DNA of 52,738 bases from an uncultured Gammaproteobacteria bacterium (lineage in GTDB: Bacteria > Patescibacteriota > Microgenomatia > Daviesbacterales > UBA10151). The notes below the pieces were generated by a model. The model ran no database searches and was not told the DNA's origin. It saw only the letters and a list, made by a program, of their open reading frames with translations. A program made the translations under genes and the position numbers. This document shows, piece after piece, positions 27,620 through 36,820 of this stretch (its first letter is position 1; every line of letters starts with the position of its first letter). Location: contig CAZYPW010000005.1 of the NCBI GenBank assembly GCA_964649615.1, forward strand, positions 41,387 through 94,124. The letters run 5' to 3'.

Positions 27620-28201
27620 TTATTTGGTTAAGTTAACTTCTGCCTGGCCCTCGAGTGTTGCTTCAAATAACTCTTCTTCATTGAACCCAAATAACTTAGC
27701 TGCTAATAAATTAGGAAAAGTTTGAACCATTGTGTTATATTCTAATACTGTTTGATTATATTCTTCTCTGTAACTGGCCACCTGGTCTTCTGTTTCTTTA
27801 ATATCCACTCTTAACTCCTGATAGTTTTTAGAAGCTACCAAATCTGGATAATCCTCAGAAACTGCAAAAAGTGATCTTAAGGCTTGAGTTAAAAAATTAT
27901 CTGCTTGGGCTGATTCTTTGGGCCCATGAGGTTTTTCTAAAGCTGCCCTAGCCTTAGCTACATCTGTAAAGGTACCTTTTTCATGCTTGGCATATTCTCT
28001 AACAATGGTGGCTAAATTCTCAATTAAAGAAGCCCTTCTTTTTAGCTGTACATCAATATCTGCAAAATCAGTTTTGACTTTATTCCTTTGAGTTATAAAG
28101 CTATTATAAGTAGCCCATAAAAAAAGAAGGATAAAACCTACCAGGCCTGCCAGGAGCCAGAGCAAAAGAGTAATATTTAAATAAAAGCCAAAGATGTTCA
28201 T
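27620..28201 (-). CDS. lemA: LemA family protein
   Basis: DIDVQLKRR, AVSEDYPDL, YNTMVQTFP. Confidence 0.93.
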   Translation of the reverse strand: MNIFGFYLNITLLLWLLAGLVGFILLFLWATYNSFITQRNKVKTDFADIDVQLKRRASLIENLATIVREYAKHEKGTFTDVAKARAALEKPHGPKESAQADNFLTQALRSLFAVSEDYPDLVASKNYQELRVDIKETEDQVASYREEYNQTVLEYNTMVQTFPNLLAAKLFGFNEEELFEATLEGQAEVNLTK

Positions 28202-29679
28202 TTTGGTAAATTGGAGAGCTCTTTCTTAGCTTGCAGTATATAACTATCGTAGTTGCCGCTTTGATTTTCTGAAGTAAAGATTTCTATGGCCTTAAGGTAG
28301 TGTTCTCTAGCTGAATCATAAATTTTTAGGTTAGCATAGGCCCGGGCTACACTAAGATTGGCAAAACCTGATTTGTCAGTTAACCTCAAGGTCTTTTGGA
28401 AGTGAAGTATGGCTTCTTCATATTTTTCCATCTGTATTAAGATGTCACCCACCCCATTGATATAGAGGGCATTATTTGGATCAAGCTCTTCTGCTTTAAG
28501 GTAAGCTGCCAGCCCATCTTCTAAAGTGCCGCTGGAACTTACCCAGGTATAGGCACTGCCAAGCTGATACCATAACTTAGGATTGTTGGGCTCTATTTCC
28601 AGGGCTTTTTTAATCTCTGCTATATTTTCATCATTAAGTTTTTTAGTTTCTGAAATTAGTTCTGCATCAGTTTTCCCAGAGTTTGGAAGCTCCCTCATTT
28701 GTTTAAAAAGTTTCTGGGAGTTCTCGTAATGTATTTTTGTTTCAGCAGACATTTCACCTGTTTGAGACATTTCTGTACTAACAGCTTTTTGGAAAAATTG
28801 GGAGGAAAAGAATTTATAGCTGCCAAAGGCAACTGCAGCAGCAATTAACCAGCCTACCAAAGCCAAAACCCAGATCCATCTGATCCCTTTACCTTTTTCA
28901 TTTTCTAAACCGATATTAGCATGTTTGTATAAGATAATCTGGTAAGCCAGGGCAAACCAGCCTAAAATAATGTTTAGCAAATAAGAAAAAATACTAACCA
29001 TCCATTGAGCGTCTTGGGTAACTAGATTTTTTAAAATGTTAATAACTAGAAAAACTACAAAATAAAGCACCCAAAGCAGAATGCTTCTGACAAAAATAGC
29101 CCCAAAGTTTTTGCTGATCAGCAGTACTGATCTTCTAATTGCCTCCAGCCCGCGCCTGCCATTTAAAATGATCTCCAGTTGTGTAAATCCCAGTAAAAAT
29201 CCTACTAAAATTGCAGGCAGGATAAAAACAAAAAATGAGCCTGCAATAAGGAAAAAGGTGACCAGCCCTACCAAAAATAGAGGTAAAATGAGCCTTAAGC
29301 TATTTTTAAAAGCAGCAGCAACTGAGGTTTTGCCTTTGCTGTCTACTATTAATATAGTTGCCACTTGTAAGGCAGCAGTGATGATAGCAAAAACCACCCC
29401 AAAAACTGCGATCAAGATAGCGGAGGTGATTAAAAAATTAGGAGAGAGTAGTAAATCAGGAGTAAAACCTGCCAGGCCTTTTTGCAAAAGAGCAGAACCA
29501 ATTCCAGAAATAATAAAAATTACCACAGCCAGAGCAGCCAAAAGCAAATAAATCACAAGACTTAAGATATTAATAATAAATAAAGAAAGCACAGATTGGG
29601 TAAAAGTTTGCCAAGAGTCAGAAAAAAGTTGGGAAATTGTAGGAAAGGCAGAACTGGTTTTTATATTTTCATTCACCAT
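28198..29679 (-). CDS. Polytopic membrane protein with C-terminal TPRs
   Basis: Several TM helices, then ALEIEPNN / AEELDPNN TPR motifs. Confidence 0.8.
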   Translation of the reverse strand: MVNENIKTSSAFPTISQLFSDSWQTFTQSVLSLFIINILSLVIYLLLAALAVVIFIISGIGSALLQKGLAGFTPDLLLSPNFLITSAILIAVFGVVFAIITAALQVATILIVDSKGKTSVAAAFKNSLRLILPLFLVGLVTFFLIAGSFFVFILPAILVGFLLGFTQLEIILNGRRGLEAIRRSVLLISKNFGAIFVRSILLWVLYFVVFLVINILKNLVTQDAQWMVSIFSYLLNIILGWFALAYQIILYKHANIGLENEKGKGIRWIWVLALVGWLIAAAVAFGSYKFFSSQFFQKAVSTEMSQTGEMSAETKIHYENSQKLFKQMRELPNSGKTDAELISETKKLNDENIAEIKKALEIEPNNPKLWYQLGSAYTWVSSSGTLEDGLAAYLKAEELDPNNALYINGVGDILIQMEKYEEAILHFQKTLRLTDKSGFANLSVARAYANLKIYDSAREHYLKAIEIFTSENQSGNYDSYILQAKKELSNLPK

Positions 29680-29731
29680 CTTAGTATTTCAAGGTTTATA
29701 TAAAATGTCAATAAAATAATGGGTTTAGCTC

Positions 29732-29804
29732 GTCCCGCCAAAGGCGGGACTTCGCTATCCCTGAAAGAGTTATTGTAATTCTACCCTTCGACTATGCTCA
29801 GGGT
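29732..29804. repeat. REP-like hairpins downstream of rplL
   Basis: gtcccgccaaaggcgggac (29732-29750) and acccttcgactatgctcagggt (29783-29804). Confidence 0.7.
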
Positions 29805-29805
29805 T

Positions 29806-30360
29806 TCACTGAAGTTCAACTGTTCCACCTGCAGCTGTTAATTTAGCTTTTGCCTCTTCCGCGGTCTGTTTATTAACAGATTCTAAAACTGGTTTAGGAG
29901 CTCCCTCCACCAAATCTTTAGCTTCTTTAAGGCCTAAAGTTTGAACTAATTCCCTCACAGCTTTAATAACTGCAATTTTATTGGCTCCACCTGCTGTCAA
30001 GATCACATTAAAGGTGGTCTTTTCTTCCTGTGGCTCGCCCGCCGAAGGCGAGGCGGCAACTGGTGATGCCACTGGGGCTGAAGCTGAAACACCAAATCTC
30101 TCTTCCAAAGCGTGAACTAAATCAGCTAATTCTAAAACAGAAAGTTTTTCAATCTGTTCAATTATCTTTTCTAAGTTTGCAGAAACAGGTTTCTTTTCAG
30201 AAGACTCGGAAGGACTCGGTGTACCAGATGTATCAGATGGAGTCGGAGTTTCAGCAGATTCAGAAACTTGTTCTTTCTGATTCTCTGATTCACGGACTGT
30301 CTGACTCTCTGATTTATCTGAGTTTTCTGAGTTGTTCTGATCTTTTTGATCATCTGCCAT
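29806..30360 (-). CDS. rplL: 50S ribosomal protein L7/L12 with ~60-aa N-terminal extension
   Basis: [42 protein letters not shown]. Confidence 0.95.
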   Translation of the reverse strand: MADDQKDQNNSENSDKSESQTVRESENQKEQVSESAETPTPSDTSGTPSPSESSEKKPVSANLEKIIEQIEKLSVLELADLVHALEERFGVSASAPVASPVAASPSAGEPQEEKTTFNVILTAGGANKIAVIKAVRELVQTLGLKEAKDLVEGAPKPVLESVNKQTAEEAKAKLTAAGGTVELQ

Positions 30361-30365
30361 AGTTT

Positions 30366-30474
30366 AAACTCAAAACGCAAATCGCAAAACTCAAATCTAC
30401 ATCTTAAAACTCAAAACTTTTAAAGATTTAAGATTTTATTTTTAGTTTTGACATTTGACATTTGACATTTGAGT
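30366..30474. repeat. Empty copy of the four-helix-bundle-flanking palindrome
   Basis: caaatctacatcttaaaactcaaaactttt ... agttttgacatttgacatttgacatttgagtt. Confidence 0.85.
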
Positions 30475-30476
30475 TA

Positions 30477-31004
30477 TTATTCACCTCCTTTACTTATTCT
30501 AATTTGATTTAATGCATAGACTAAGTTCCTTAAGTTACCATTTAATACAGAGACCATTCCTTGTAAAGGAGCAACCAAGACGCCCACTGTTTTAGCTCTT
30601 AGTTCATCTTTAGTAGGTAAGGTAGAAAGTTGGATAATTTTGGCTTCATCTAAGGCAATCTCACCCAGGAATCCTGATTTAACTTTGCCAATTGCAGCAT
30701 CTTTAAGTGCTTTAACCAAAATTTTAATAGGGGAGATTTCATCATCATATGCAAAAAGAGTAGCAGTAGGCCCTTCAAGACTGGAAGGTGGAAGATGGAA
30801 GGTGGAAGATGGAACAGCCAGTTTAAGCAGAGTGTTTTTGGTGATGATAAACTGGGCATTTTGTTCTCTTAGCTTCTTTCTTAAATCAGAAAGTTGGGCC
30901 ATGTTTAGACCTTTGTAGTCTGTAAAAACTACAGCAGTAGATTTGCCTAGTTTTTCTTGTATTATTTTTACTAATTCTTCTTTTTGTTGTCTTGTTTTAG
31001 CCAT
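30477..31004 (-). CDS. rplJ: 50S ribosomal protein L10
   Basis: AVVFTDYKGL, KNTLLKLA, LPTKDELRAK; heptamer insert at 30783-30813. Confidence 0.95.
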   Translation of the reverse strand: MAKTRQQKEELVKIIQEKLGKSTAVVFTDYKGLNMAQLSDLRKKLREQNAQFIITKNTLLKLAVPSSTFHLPPSSLEGPTATLFAYDDEISPIKILVKALKDAAIGKVKSGFLGEIALDEAKIIQLSTLPTKDELRAKTVGVLVAPLQGMVSVLNGNLRNLVYALNQIRISKGGE

Positions 31005-31005
31005 T

Positions 31006-31026
31006 AAAAAAGCCTCCTTTCGAGGC
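31006..31026 (-). terminator. Attenuator-type hairpin with U6 directly before the rplJ start
   Basis: GCCTC-GAAAG-GAGGC-TTTTTT-A-ATG; the hairpin sequesters AAGGAGG. Confidence 0.7.
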
Positions 31027-31036
31027 CTGCTTCCTT

Positions 31037-31118
31037 TGTCATCCTGAACTTGATAGATCGTGTCCTTCGGACAACAGGATCTATATAATATGGATTCCAG
31101 ATTAAGTCTGGGATGACA
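31037..31118. repeat. REP-like element with TGTCATCC/GGATGACA ends
   Basis: tgtcatcctgaacttg ... ccagattaagtctgggatgaca. Confidence 0.75.
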
Positions 31119-31126
31119 TTGGTATG

Positions 31127-31169
31127 CCTCGGTGGGAATTACCTTATTTTAAGAGAACCCACTGTCTTA
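31127..31169 (-). ncRNA. L10 leader core
   Basis: AAGACAGTGGG...CCCACCGAGG upstream of rplJ, like the L10-leader consensus AAGACAGUAGG...CCUACCGAGG. Confidence 0.75.
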
Positions 31170-31211
31170 AGCTTTCAAATTTTAGCCTATCTGGTATAAT
31201 TTGTCAATTGT

Positions 31212-32372
31212 ATGATCAAAAGAGAGCGAGAAAGTGATTTCAGTCTAGATTTGGTAGGGGTGTATTTAACTGAGGCAGGGACTGCCAGGCTGCTCAAGGC
31301 AGAAGAAGAAAGGCAGCTGGCCCAAGGAATAGAGGCCGGAAAACTAGTTTCAGCGGTTCGAGCCAGACTGCCCTGGAGTGAGAGAAAATCAAGAGCAGTT
31401 TTGAAAGAGGGAATCAGGGAAGTTTTGAGTGGAGATGTCTGGGAAGCGCTAAATCAGCATTTAGGTTATCCTTCTCCTTTAGTGTTAGAACAGAATTTAG
31501 AGCCTCCGCAATATAATGAAACCTTAGAGAGCCTTAGTAAGATTCAAATAGGTAATCAGGTAGATACATCACCGAGAGAAATATCCACAGCTTTACGGAT
31601 TTTAAGAGAAGATGATGGCAGCGGAGCCTACTTTGATACCTTAGAAGATATTGGTAAAAAGGCCAGGAGTAGTTTTATTGAGGCAAATTTGCGTTTGGCA
31701 ATTGATCTCTCCAAACATTGGCAGGGAAGGGGTTTGGACTTAGAAGATTTATTCCAGGAGGGAAATATCGGTTTAATCAGAGCAGTAGACAGGTTTGACT
31801 ATAGAAGAGGCTACAAATTTTCCACTTATGCCAGCTGGTGGATCAGGCAGGCTGTGAGTAGAGCAGTCTATGATAAAGGTCGTTATGTGCGTTTACCTGT
31901 TCATTTGAATGAGGTGATTGTTAAGCTGAGGCATATTGCAGAAGATTTAGTGGAGGAATATGGCAGAGATCCTACAAACAAAGAGATGGCGCAGAAAGCA
32001 AATCTCCCGATTGAGCAAGTAGCCAGAGTGTCTATTTGGACACAGCAGCTAATTTCTCTGGAAACCCAGATTAATAGTGAATCAGAAGATGTACTGGGAG
32101 ATTTTATGGAGGATAAAAATGCAGAAGATCCCCAGGAGGCAGCTGTGAATAATGATCGGGATGAGGCGATTAAAAAGGTCATGGCTGATTTGACCGATAG
32201 AGAAAGAAGGGTGCTTTGGTTGCGTTATGGTTTTAATGGTAGGGACTATACTTTGGAAGAAGTAAGCAGAGAGTTTGGGGTTAGCAGAGAAAGGATCAGG
32301 CAGATTGAGGTAAAAGCCTTAAGAAAATTAAAACTACCAAGCAGGGCTGAAAAACTAGCACTTTATTGGTAG
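31212..32372 (+). CDS. Sigma-70 family (RpoD-like) factor lacking region 1.1
   Basis: DLFQEGNIGLIRAVDRFDYRRGYKFSTYASWWIRQ; TLEEV..FGVSRERIRQIEVKALRKL. Confidence 0.9.
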   Translation: MIKRERESDFSLDLVGVYLTEAGTARLLKAEEERQLAQGIEAGKLVSAVRARLPWSERKSRAVLKEGIREVLSGDVWEALNQHLGYPSPLVLEQNLEPPQYNETLESLSKIQIGNQVDTSPREISTALRILREDDGSGAYFDTLEDIGKKARSSFIEANLRLAIDLSKHWQGRGLDLEDLFQEGNIGLIRAVDRFDYRRGYKFSTYASWWIRQAVSRAVYDKGRYVRLPVHLNEVIVKLRHIAEDLVEEYGRDPTNKEMAQKANLPIEQVARVSIWTQQLISLETQINSESEDVLGDFMEDKNAEDPQEAAVNNDRDEAIKKVMADLTDRERRVLWLRYGFNGRDYTLEEVSREFGVSRERIRQIEVKALRKLKLPSRAEKLALYW

Positions 32373-32414
32373 GGTATAGACAAAAATGTTTCGATCGTTT
32401 CACGAGAGTTCTTG

Positions 32415-32825
32415 TTAAGGACTTGAGGTAGGCGCTGGTTCAGAAGGTGGTGGAGCTGATTCGGTAGTTGTTGGCGCTGGTGCAGGCTCAGAAGATGTAG
32501 GAGCTGGGGTAGGTTCAGAAGTAGTAGTGGTTGAGGTACTGCCAGAAGTGCTGCCAGAACCATCCTGCATACACCAGCCTCCATTGTCGCTCATCCAATG
32601 GTAGCCTGAAGAGCAGGAGCCTGAAGATGAGCCTCCAGAGGTGGAGGTGCTGCCAGAAGTAGATGTACTGGAAGATGATGATTGGCGGCAAGTACAGGCA
32701 GCTGAGTCAAAATACCACCCACTCCCGCAACTCGATGCTGATACGTTATAGCATCCTTGTGATGAAGATTGTTTGCAGGAGCATGAGCCACTATCAAAAT
32801 AGCCGCTGCCGCATTTATACTTTTG
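32415..32825 (-). pseudogene. Start-less Cys-repeat, Ser/Thr/Pro-rich reading frame
   Basis: 137 codons including the stop, in frame after the ligase TGA: CGSGYFDSGSCSC / CGSGWYFDSAACTC ... SEPTPAPT. Confidence 0.55.
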
Positions 32826-34289
32826 TCAAGAGTCCAAATTCCCCAGTTGTTTATACAAAAAATTCCTTCTTATTTTATAGAAATTAATCCAGGGAGCAAT
32901 TTGGATGGCTTCATTATCTAAACTAATGGCTTGATGGATATCTATTACCTCATACCCTGAGGCTTTTTTGAATAAATTATCTGCCCTTAAAGTTTGGACA
33001 ATATAAAAGGCTGTAAAAATTACAAGGGTTATCCCTAAAAAAGAAATCAAGGTTCGGACACTCTTTTTATAAACTATATTTTCCAATTTTAGAGGGTTAA
33101 TAATCCCAAGAGAGATCCAAAATAGGGTGTAGGGGACAGAAGAAACAGGGGAGAACTGATGGATTATTACAAAAGCTATGATCACACAAAGGGCTATTTT
33201 GACAAAATCCTGATTTTCCGGGTTGCCTTTTAGTCCTTTGAAGATGCTCATTATCAAAATAGTCAAAAACAGGACAAGTCCAATAGCCCCTAAATTAACA
33301 GTTAAGTCTAAGAATAGATTATGGGATGAATCCACTACAATATCCTTTAAGCCTAGGTCATCTGGTGTGATAACTTGGGAAAAAGCCAAGGAAAAGTTTT
33401 CTATCCCATATCCTGTTAAAGGTTTTTGGGAGATTAACTGTAAAGACTTTTGGGCAATTTGGGACCTGTTTTCTGCACTCCATTTGGAAACAGTGTCTAC
33501 CTGAAACCGTAACCATTCCTGGTAAACTAAATTAGGGAAAAGATGGCCCAAAACACCAAAAACTACAACCAGGACGGTAATTACCCCTAAAAATAACCTG
33601 TAATGGTAAAATCCCCAAATTAACCCTAAAACAGCTAAAGCTAAATATGCACTTCTTGAAAAAGTTGAGATTACACCAAGTAAGATTACTATAAGAGCTA
33701 TCCCCACAATTTTCCCTAGCCAGTGGTGTTTTAAGTGTTTGAATAAAAACCAACCAAAAGGTAAAGATAATACAAGATATGCCCCTAAAAAATTAGCCTG
33801 GCCAAAAGTAGAGATTACCCTGCCACTATATAATAGCTGTAGGTTGTAGTTAAAAAACCATAATGAAACAAACTGGATTAGGGCTAAGGAGGCTACAAAA
33901 GTGCTGCTTATTAAAATAGCCCAGCAAGCTTGGAGCTTAAAATGGCTGTTTTCAAACACCTTGGAGGAGATTAAAAAGAGCAGCCCGTAACATAAATAGC
34001 TTAAAAACCCCTGCATCCTGAAATAAGAGCCAAAAAAGCTTTCAGAGAAATTTAAACCTATTAGGCCGCTAATTAAAATCCATCCCAAAAGGGATAAAAA
34101 CAAATAATGAACAAGTTTTAACTGTTTGATTTTGAAATTCAAAATAACAATAAAAAAAGCTATAGCAGAAAAAAGATATAAAAATAGGACCTTTGGCAGT
34201 TCAAATGAGAGTAGGGAAAAGGGAGAAAAAAGTAAAGGTTGGGCAAAAAGCAATGAAAGGAATAGCAGACGGATAGAAGATAGGTTCAT
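32826..34289 (-). CDS. O-antigen ligase family membrane protein
   Basis: STFGQANFLGAYL, TFSRSA, GYGIENF, SSHNLFLD. Confidence 0.88.
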   Translation of the reverse strand: MNLSSIRLLFLSLLFAQPLLFSPFSLLSFELPKVLFLYLFSAIAFFIVILNFKIKQLKLVHYLFLSLLGWILISGLIGLNFSESFFGSYFRMQGFLSYLCYGLLFLISSKVFENSHFKLQACWAILISSTFVASLALIQFVSLWFFNYNLQLLYSGRVISTFGQANFLGAYLVLSLPFGWFLFKHLKHHWLGKIVGIALIVILLGVISTFSRSAYLALAVLGLIWGFYHYRLFLGVITVLVVVFGVLGHLFPNLVYQEWLRFQVDTVSKWSAENRSQIAQKSLQLISQKPLTGYGIENFSLAFSQVITPDDLGLKDIVVDSSHNLFLDLTVNLGAIGLVLFLTILIMSIFKGLKGNPENQDFVKIALCVIIAFVIIHQFSPVSSVPYTLFWISLGIINPLKLENIVYKKSVRTLISFLGITLVIFTAFYIVQTLRADNLFKKASGYEVIDIHQAISLDNEAIQIAPWINFYKIRRNFLYKQLGNLDS

Positions 34290-34307
34290 CTATTCCACTA
34301 TATCAAA

Positions 34308-36737
34308 TTACCTATACTGGTTGTACCAGGGAAGGAATAGTAAGTAGTCACTATAATTTACTGCGCCATCTTTATTTAAATCTGTTTTGGCACAAATAGA
34401 TGTTTTGATTGGTCTGTAATAACAGTTAACAAAAACAGAGAAGTCTAAGGTGTTGATCCTATTGTCAGAGTTAAAATCTACATCTTCAAACCTTAAATTA
34501 GCTTTTTTAGCCTTGACATTCACATAAGCATAGTTGGTATTGTTGTATTCATTTGTCTCTGGAATATAGTTAAAATGGTCAGCTTTAACAATAAAATAAT
34601 GGTAGCCTGAATTTTGGTATGTGTAGTTTATATCAAACACTGAGGTTTTGGATTGTCCAGCCCTAAGTTTATCAAAGCTGCCTGCAAAAGAATGCACTCT
34701 TTTCCATGATGGATCATATACTTCAACAGAAGCCCAAAATCCTTGGTTTAGATCAACACTGCCTTGGTTTTTAACAGTAATTTCTACTTCACCTTTGCTG
34801 CCTACTGTATTATCACCTAATACTTTGACTTGGGTCACAACCAGATCTGATTTAGCTTCAGTTACATATACCCAGTTAGTTTTTTGATTATTGTATTCAT
34901 TAGTTTCAGGAACTTTGTTGCCGTAATCTGCTACTACAGTGAAGTAATGCCAGCCAGATCTACTGTAAGCTTGGTTTAAATCAACCCTTTTTCTAAGAGT
35001 TTGTCCTGTTTTAAGAGGGCCAATTTCAGTATTAACTACAGATCTATTCCAGCTTGAATCATATACAAATATAGCTACAGGTGTTGGTGCAGTGATATCC
35101 TTTTGCCCTTGGTTTTTGATGCCAAATTCAATTTGGTCTTTGTTGCCTACAGTATGGGTGCCAACAGCATTTACACTTTCAACAATAAAATCTGGTTTAG
35201 GTTCAACGATGGTTATAGTTGTGCTGGCTGAATTATTATCTTCTTTTGCTTCAGCAATTTGTGAATCTGTATCAGCTTGGGCATTGACTTGATAAGTCCC
35301 AGCAGTTTTAAAGGTAGTAACTGTTAAGTCCTGGCTGCTACCTGGAGCTAAGTCATCAGTTCCCATCCTCCAAGGATTGTCATTTCCTATCTTGATTTGG
35401 GTCACAGAAGGTTGGGCACTGGCTGAACCAATATTTTTCACTGTTGCAGTAATAGTAATTTTGTTATTTGTACTTCCAGTTGTTCCAATGCCAATATTTT
35501 CTACTTTAGATTTTAAGCTCACAGTTAAGTCAGGTTGAGCAATAACTCCTGTTAAGTGGATGGTGTATTTAACAGATGGTCCGTCATACCATTTACCATC
35601 CTGGTAATACCTAATTGTAGCCAGTCCTACATAAGTGCCATTTGGTTTGTTTACATTAATATAAGCTCTGATATTTGTTGAGCCGTTAGGTGCAATTCCT
35701 CCAGATGATTCATAAAATCCTTGTCCTTGGGTAGGGGAGCTGTATTTAATTTGCCAGGCTGTTGCACCTTTGCTTGTTAATGTAAATCCAGGCCAGTAAA
35801 CTAAACCGTACTGGGCATTATTTCTATCTAAAGTTACAACTACAGAATCAGTGCTTGGGGTAATGGAGTGTACCCCAATTACATTAGACACAGCTAAGAT
35901 TGGAGCAGGTTGGCCAACTGGTACATTTCCTGATCTGTAAACTAATTTATAGTTTGCTCTAAAAAGTGGGCTTTCAATAGAACAGTTTCCACTAGGTTTG
36001 GCTACAGTGCCATCGTTTCTCCAAGCACAGTCATTGCTTGGCCAGTAAGTATGTCCTGCAGCAGTGCCTGTATAGTTATCTACATTTAGATAATTAATGT
36101 AATCTTTTGGATGGGCACTGGTAATTCCAGACCAGCTTAAATTAACAGATGTACCGATTCCAATATTTGCAGGTGAGGCCATAAATGAGCCAGTTGAAGC
36201 AGCTTGAACTATAAAAGGATTAGATGTGGCAAGTAAGTTTCCGCTTGCATTGTAGTAACCTAATTTAAAGGTGCCTAAATCAGCTATCACAGCAGAGGTA
36301 AAGGTACAGCTGCCTATTTTAACAGCGTTTGATCCTGAAACATTGTTTAAATTACAGTTGTTACTAGGGGAGATTCCATTAGGTCCAACGCTTCTATTGG
36401 TTCCATCAGTTGTTAAAACTCTAATATAGTCAGTATTAGCTGCGTTTGGTACATTCCAAGAGACATTAAGGTTTTCTCCAGATTTTACAGAATAGTTATT
36501 TACAAATATAGTAGGTTTTGCAATAGGGGTGGGGCTTGGAGTAGGGGTAGGGGATGGTACTGGACTAGGAATTGGTGTTGGGTCAGGAGTAGGCACCGGA
36601 ACAGGGATAGAGATTGGTGCAGAAACAGGTTGGCTAACTTGGGCCAGTGTTACCACTGGGGAAAGAAAAGAAAAATAAGCCATTAAAAAAATGGCTAACC
36701 CCTTTTTCAAAATATTGAAGAAACTGTTATGTTTCAT
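34308..36737 (-). CDS. Secreted CARDB-repeat protein with C-terminal dockerin-like motif
   Basis: Three CARDB-like repeats (PDLTV..., VPETNEYNN); DFNSDNRINTLD / DLNKDGAVNYSD; ATG 36737. Confidence 0.85.
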   Translation of the reverse strand: MKHNSFFNILKKGLAIFLMAYFSFLSPVVTLAQVSQPVSAPISIPVPVPTPDPTPIPSPVPSPTPTPSPTPIAKPTIFVNNYSVKSGENLNVSWNVPNAANTDYIRVLTTDGTNRSVGPNGISPSNNCNLNNVSGSNAVKIGSCTFTSAVIADLGTFKLGYYNASGNLLATSNPFIVQAASTGSFMASPANIGIGTSVNLSWSGITSAHPKDYINYLNVDNYTGTAAGHTYWPSNDCAWRNDGTVAKPSGNCSIESPLFRANYKLVYRSGNVPVGQPAPILAVSNVIGVHSITPSTDSVVVTLDRNNAQYGLVYWPGFTLTSKGATAWQIKYSSPTQGQGFYESSGGIAPNGSTNIRAYINVNKPNGTYVGLATIRYYQDGKWYDGPSVKYTIHLTGVIAQPDLTVSLKSKVENIGIGTTGSTNNKITITATVKNIGSASAQPSVTQIKIGNDNPWRMGTDDLAPGSSQDLTVTTFKTAGTYQVNAQADTDSQIAEAKEDNNSASTTITIVEPKPDFIVESVNAVGTHTVGNKDQIEFGIKNQGQKDITAPTPVAIFVYDSSWNRSVVNTEIGPLKTGQTLRKRVDLNQAYSRSGWHYFTVVADYGNKVPETNEYNNQKTNWVYVTEAKSDLVVTQVKVLGDNTVGSKGEVEITVKNQGSVDLNQGFWASVEVYDPSWKRVHSFAGSFDKLRAGQSKTSVFDINYTYQNSGYHYFIVKADHFNYIPETNEYNNTNYAYVNVKAKKANLRFEDVDFNSDNRINTLDFSVFVNCYYRPIKTSICAKTDLNKDGAVNYSDYLLFLPWYNQYR

Positions 36738-36820
36738 ATTTAAGTTGCATATGATACCAGATCCCAAAGGAATTGTCAAGTACTATGGGGTTAGTGGTAA
36801 AAATTACTGGATTATTTATC

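Noticed and set aside
32363-32797. ORFs 32363-32584 and 32591-32797 (-)
   Set aside because: Alternative frames of the more protein-like 32415-32825 frame.
32826-32828. TGA recoding (code 25) to explain the in-frame extension
   Set aside because: TGA terminates atpC, atpA, nusG and others correctly, and conserved Trp residues use TGG.
36510-36620. Pro/Thr-rich repeats (also near 27380-27450 and 32420-32530) as DNA elements
   Set aside because: Codon-period (3/6 bp) linker low complexity with no inverted arm.
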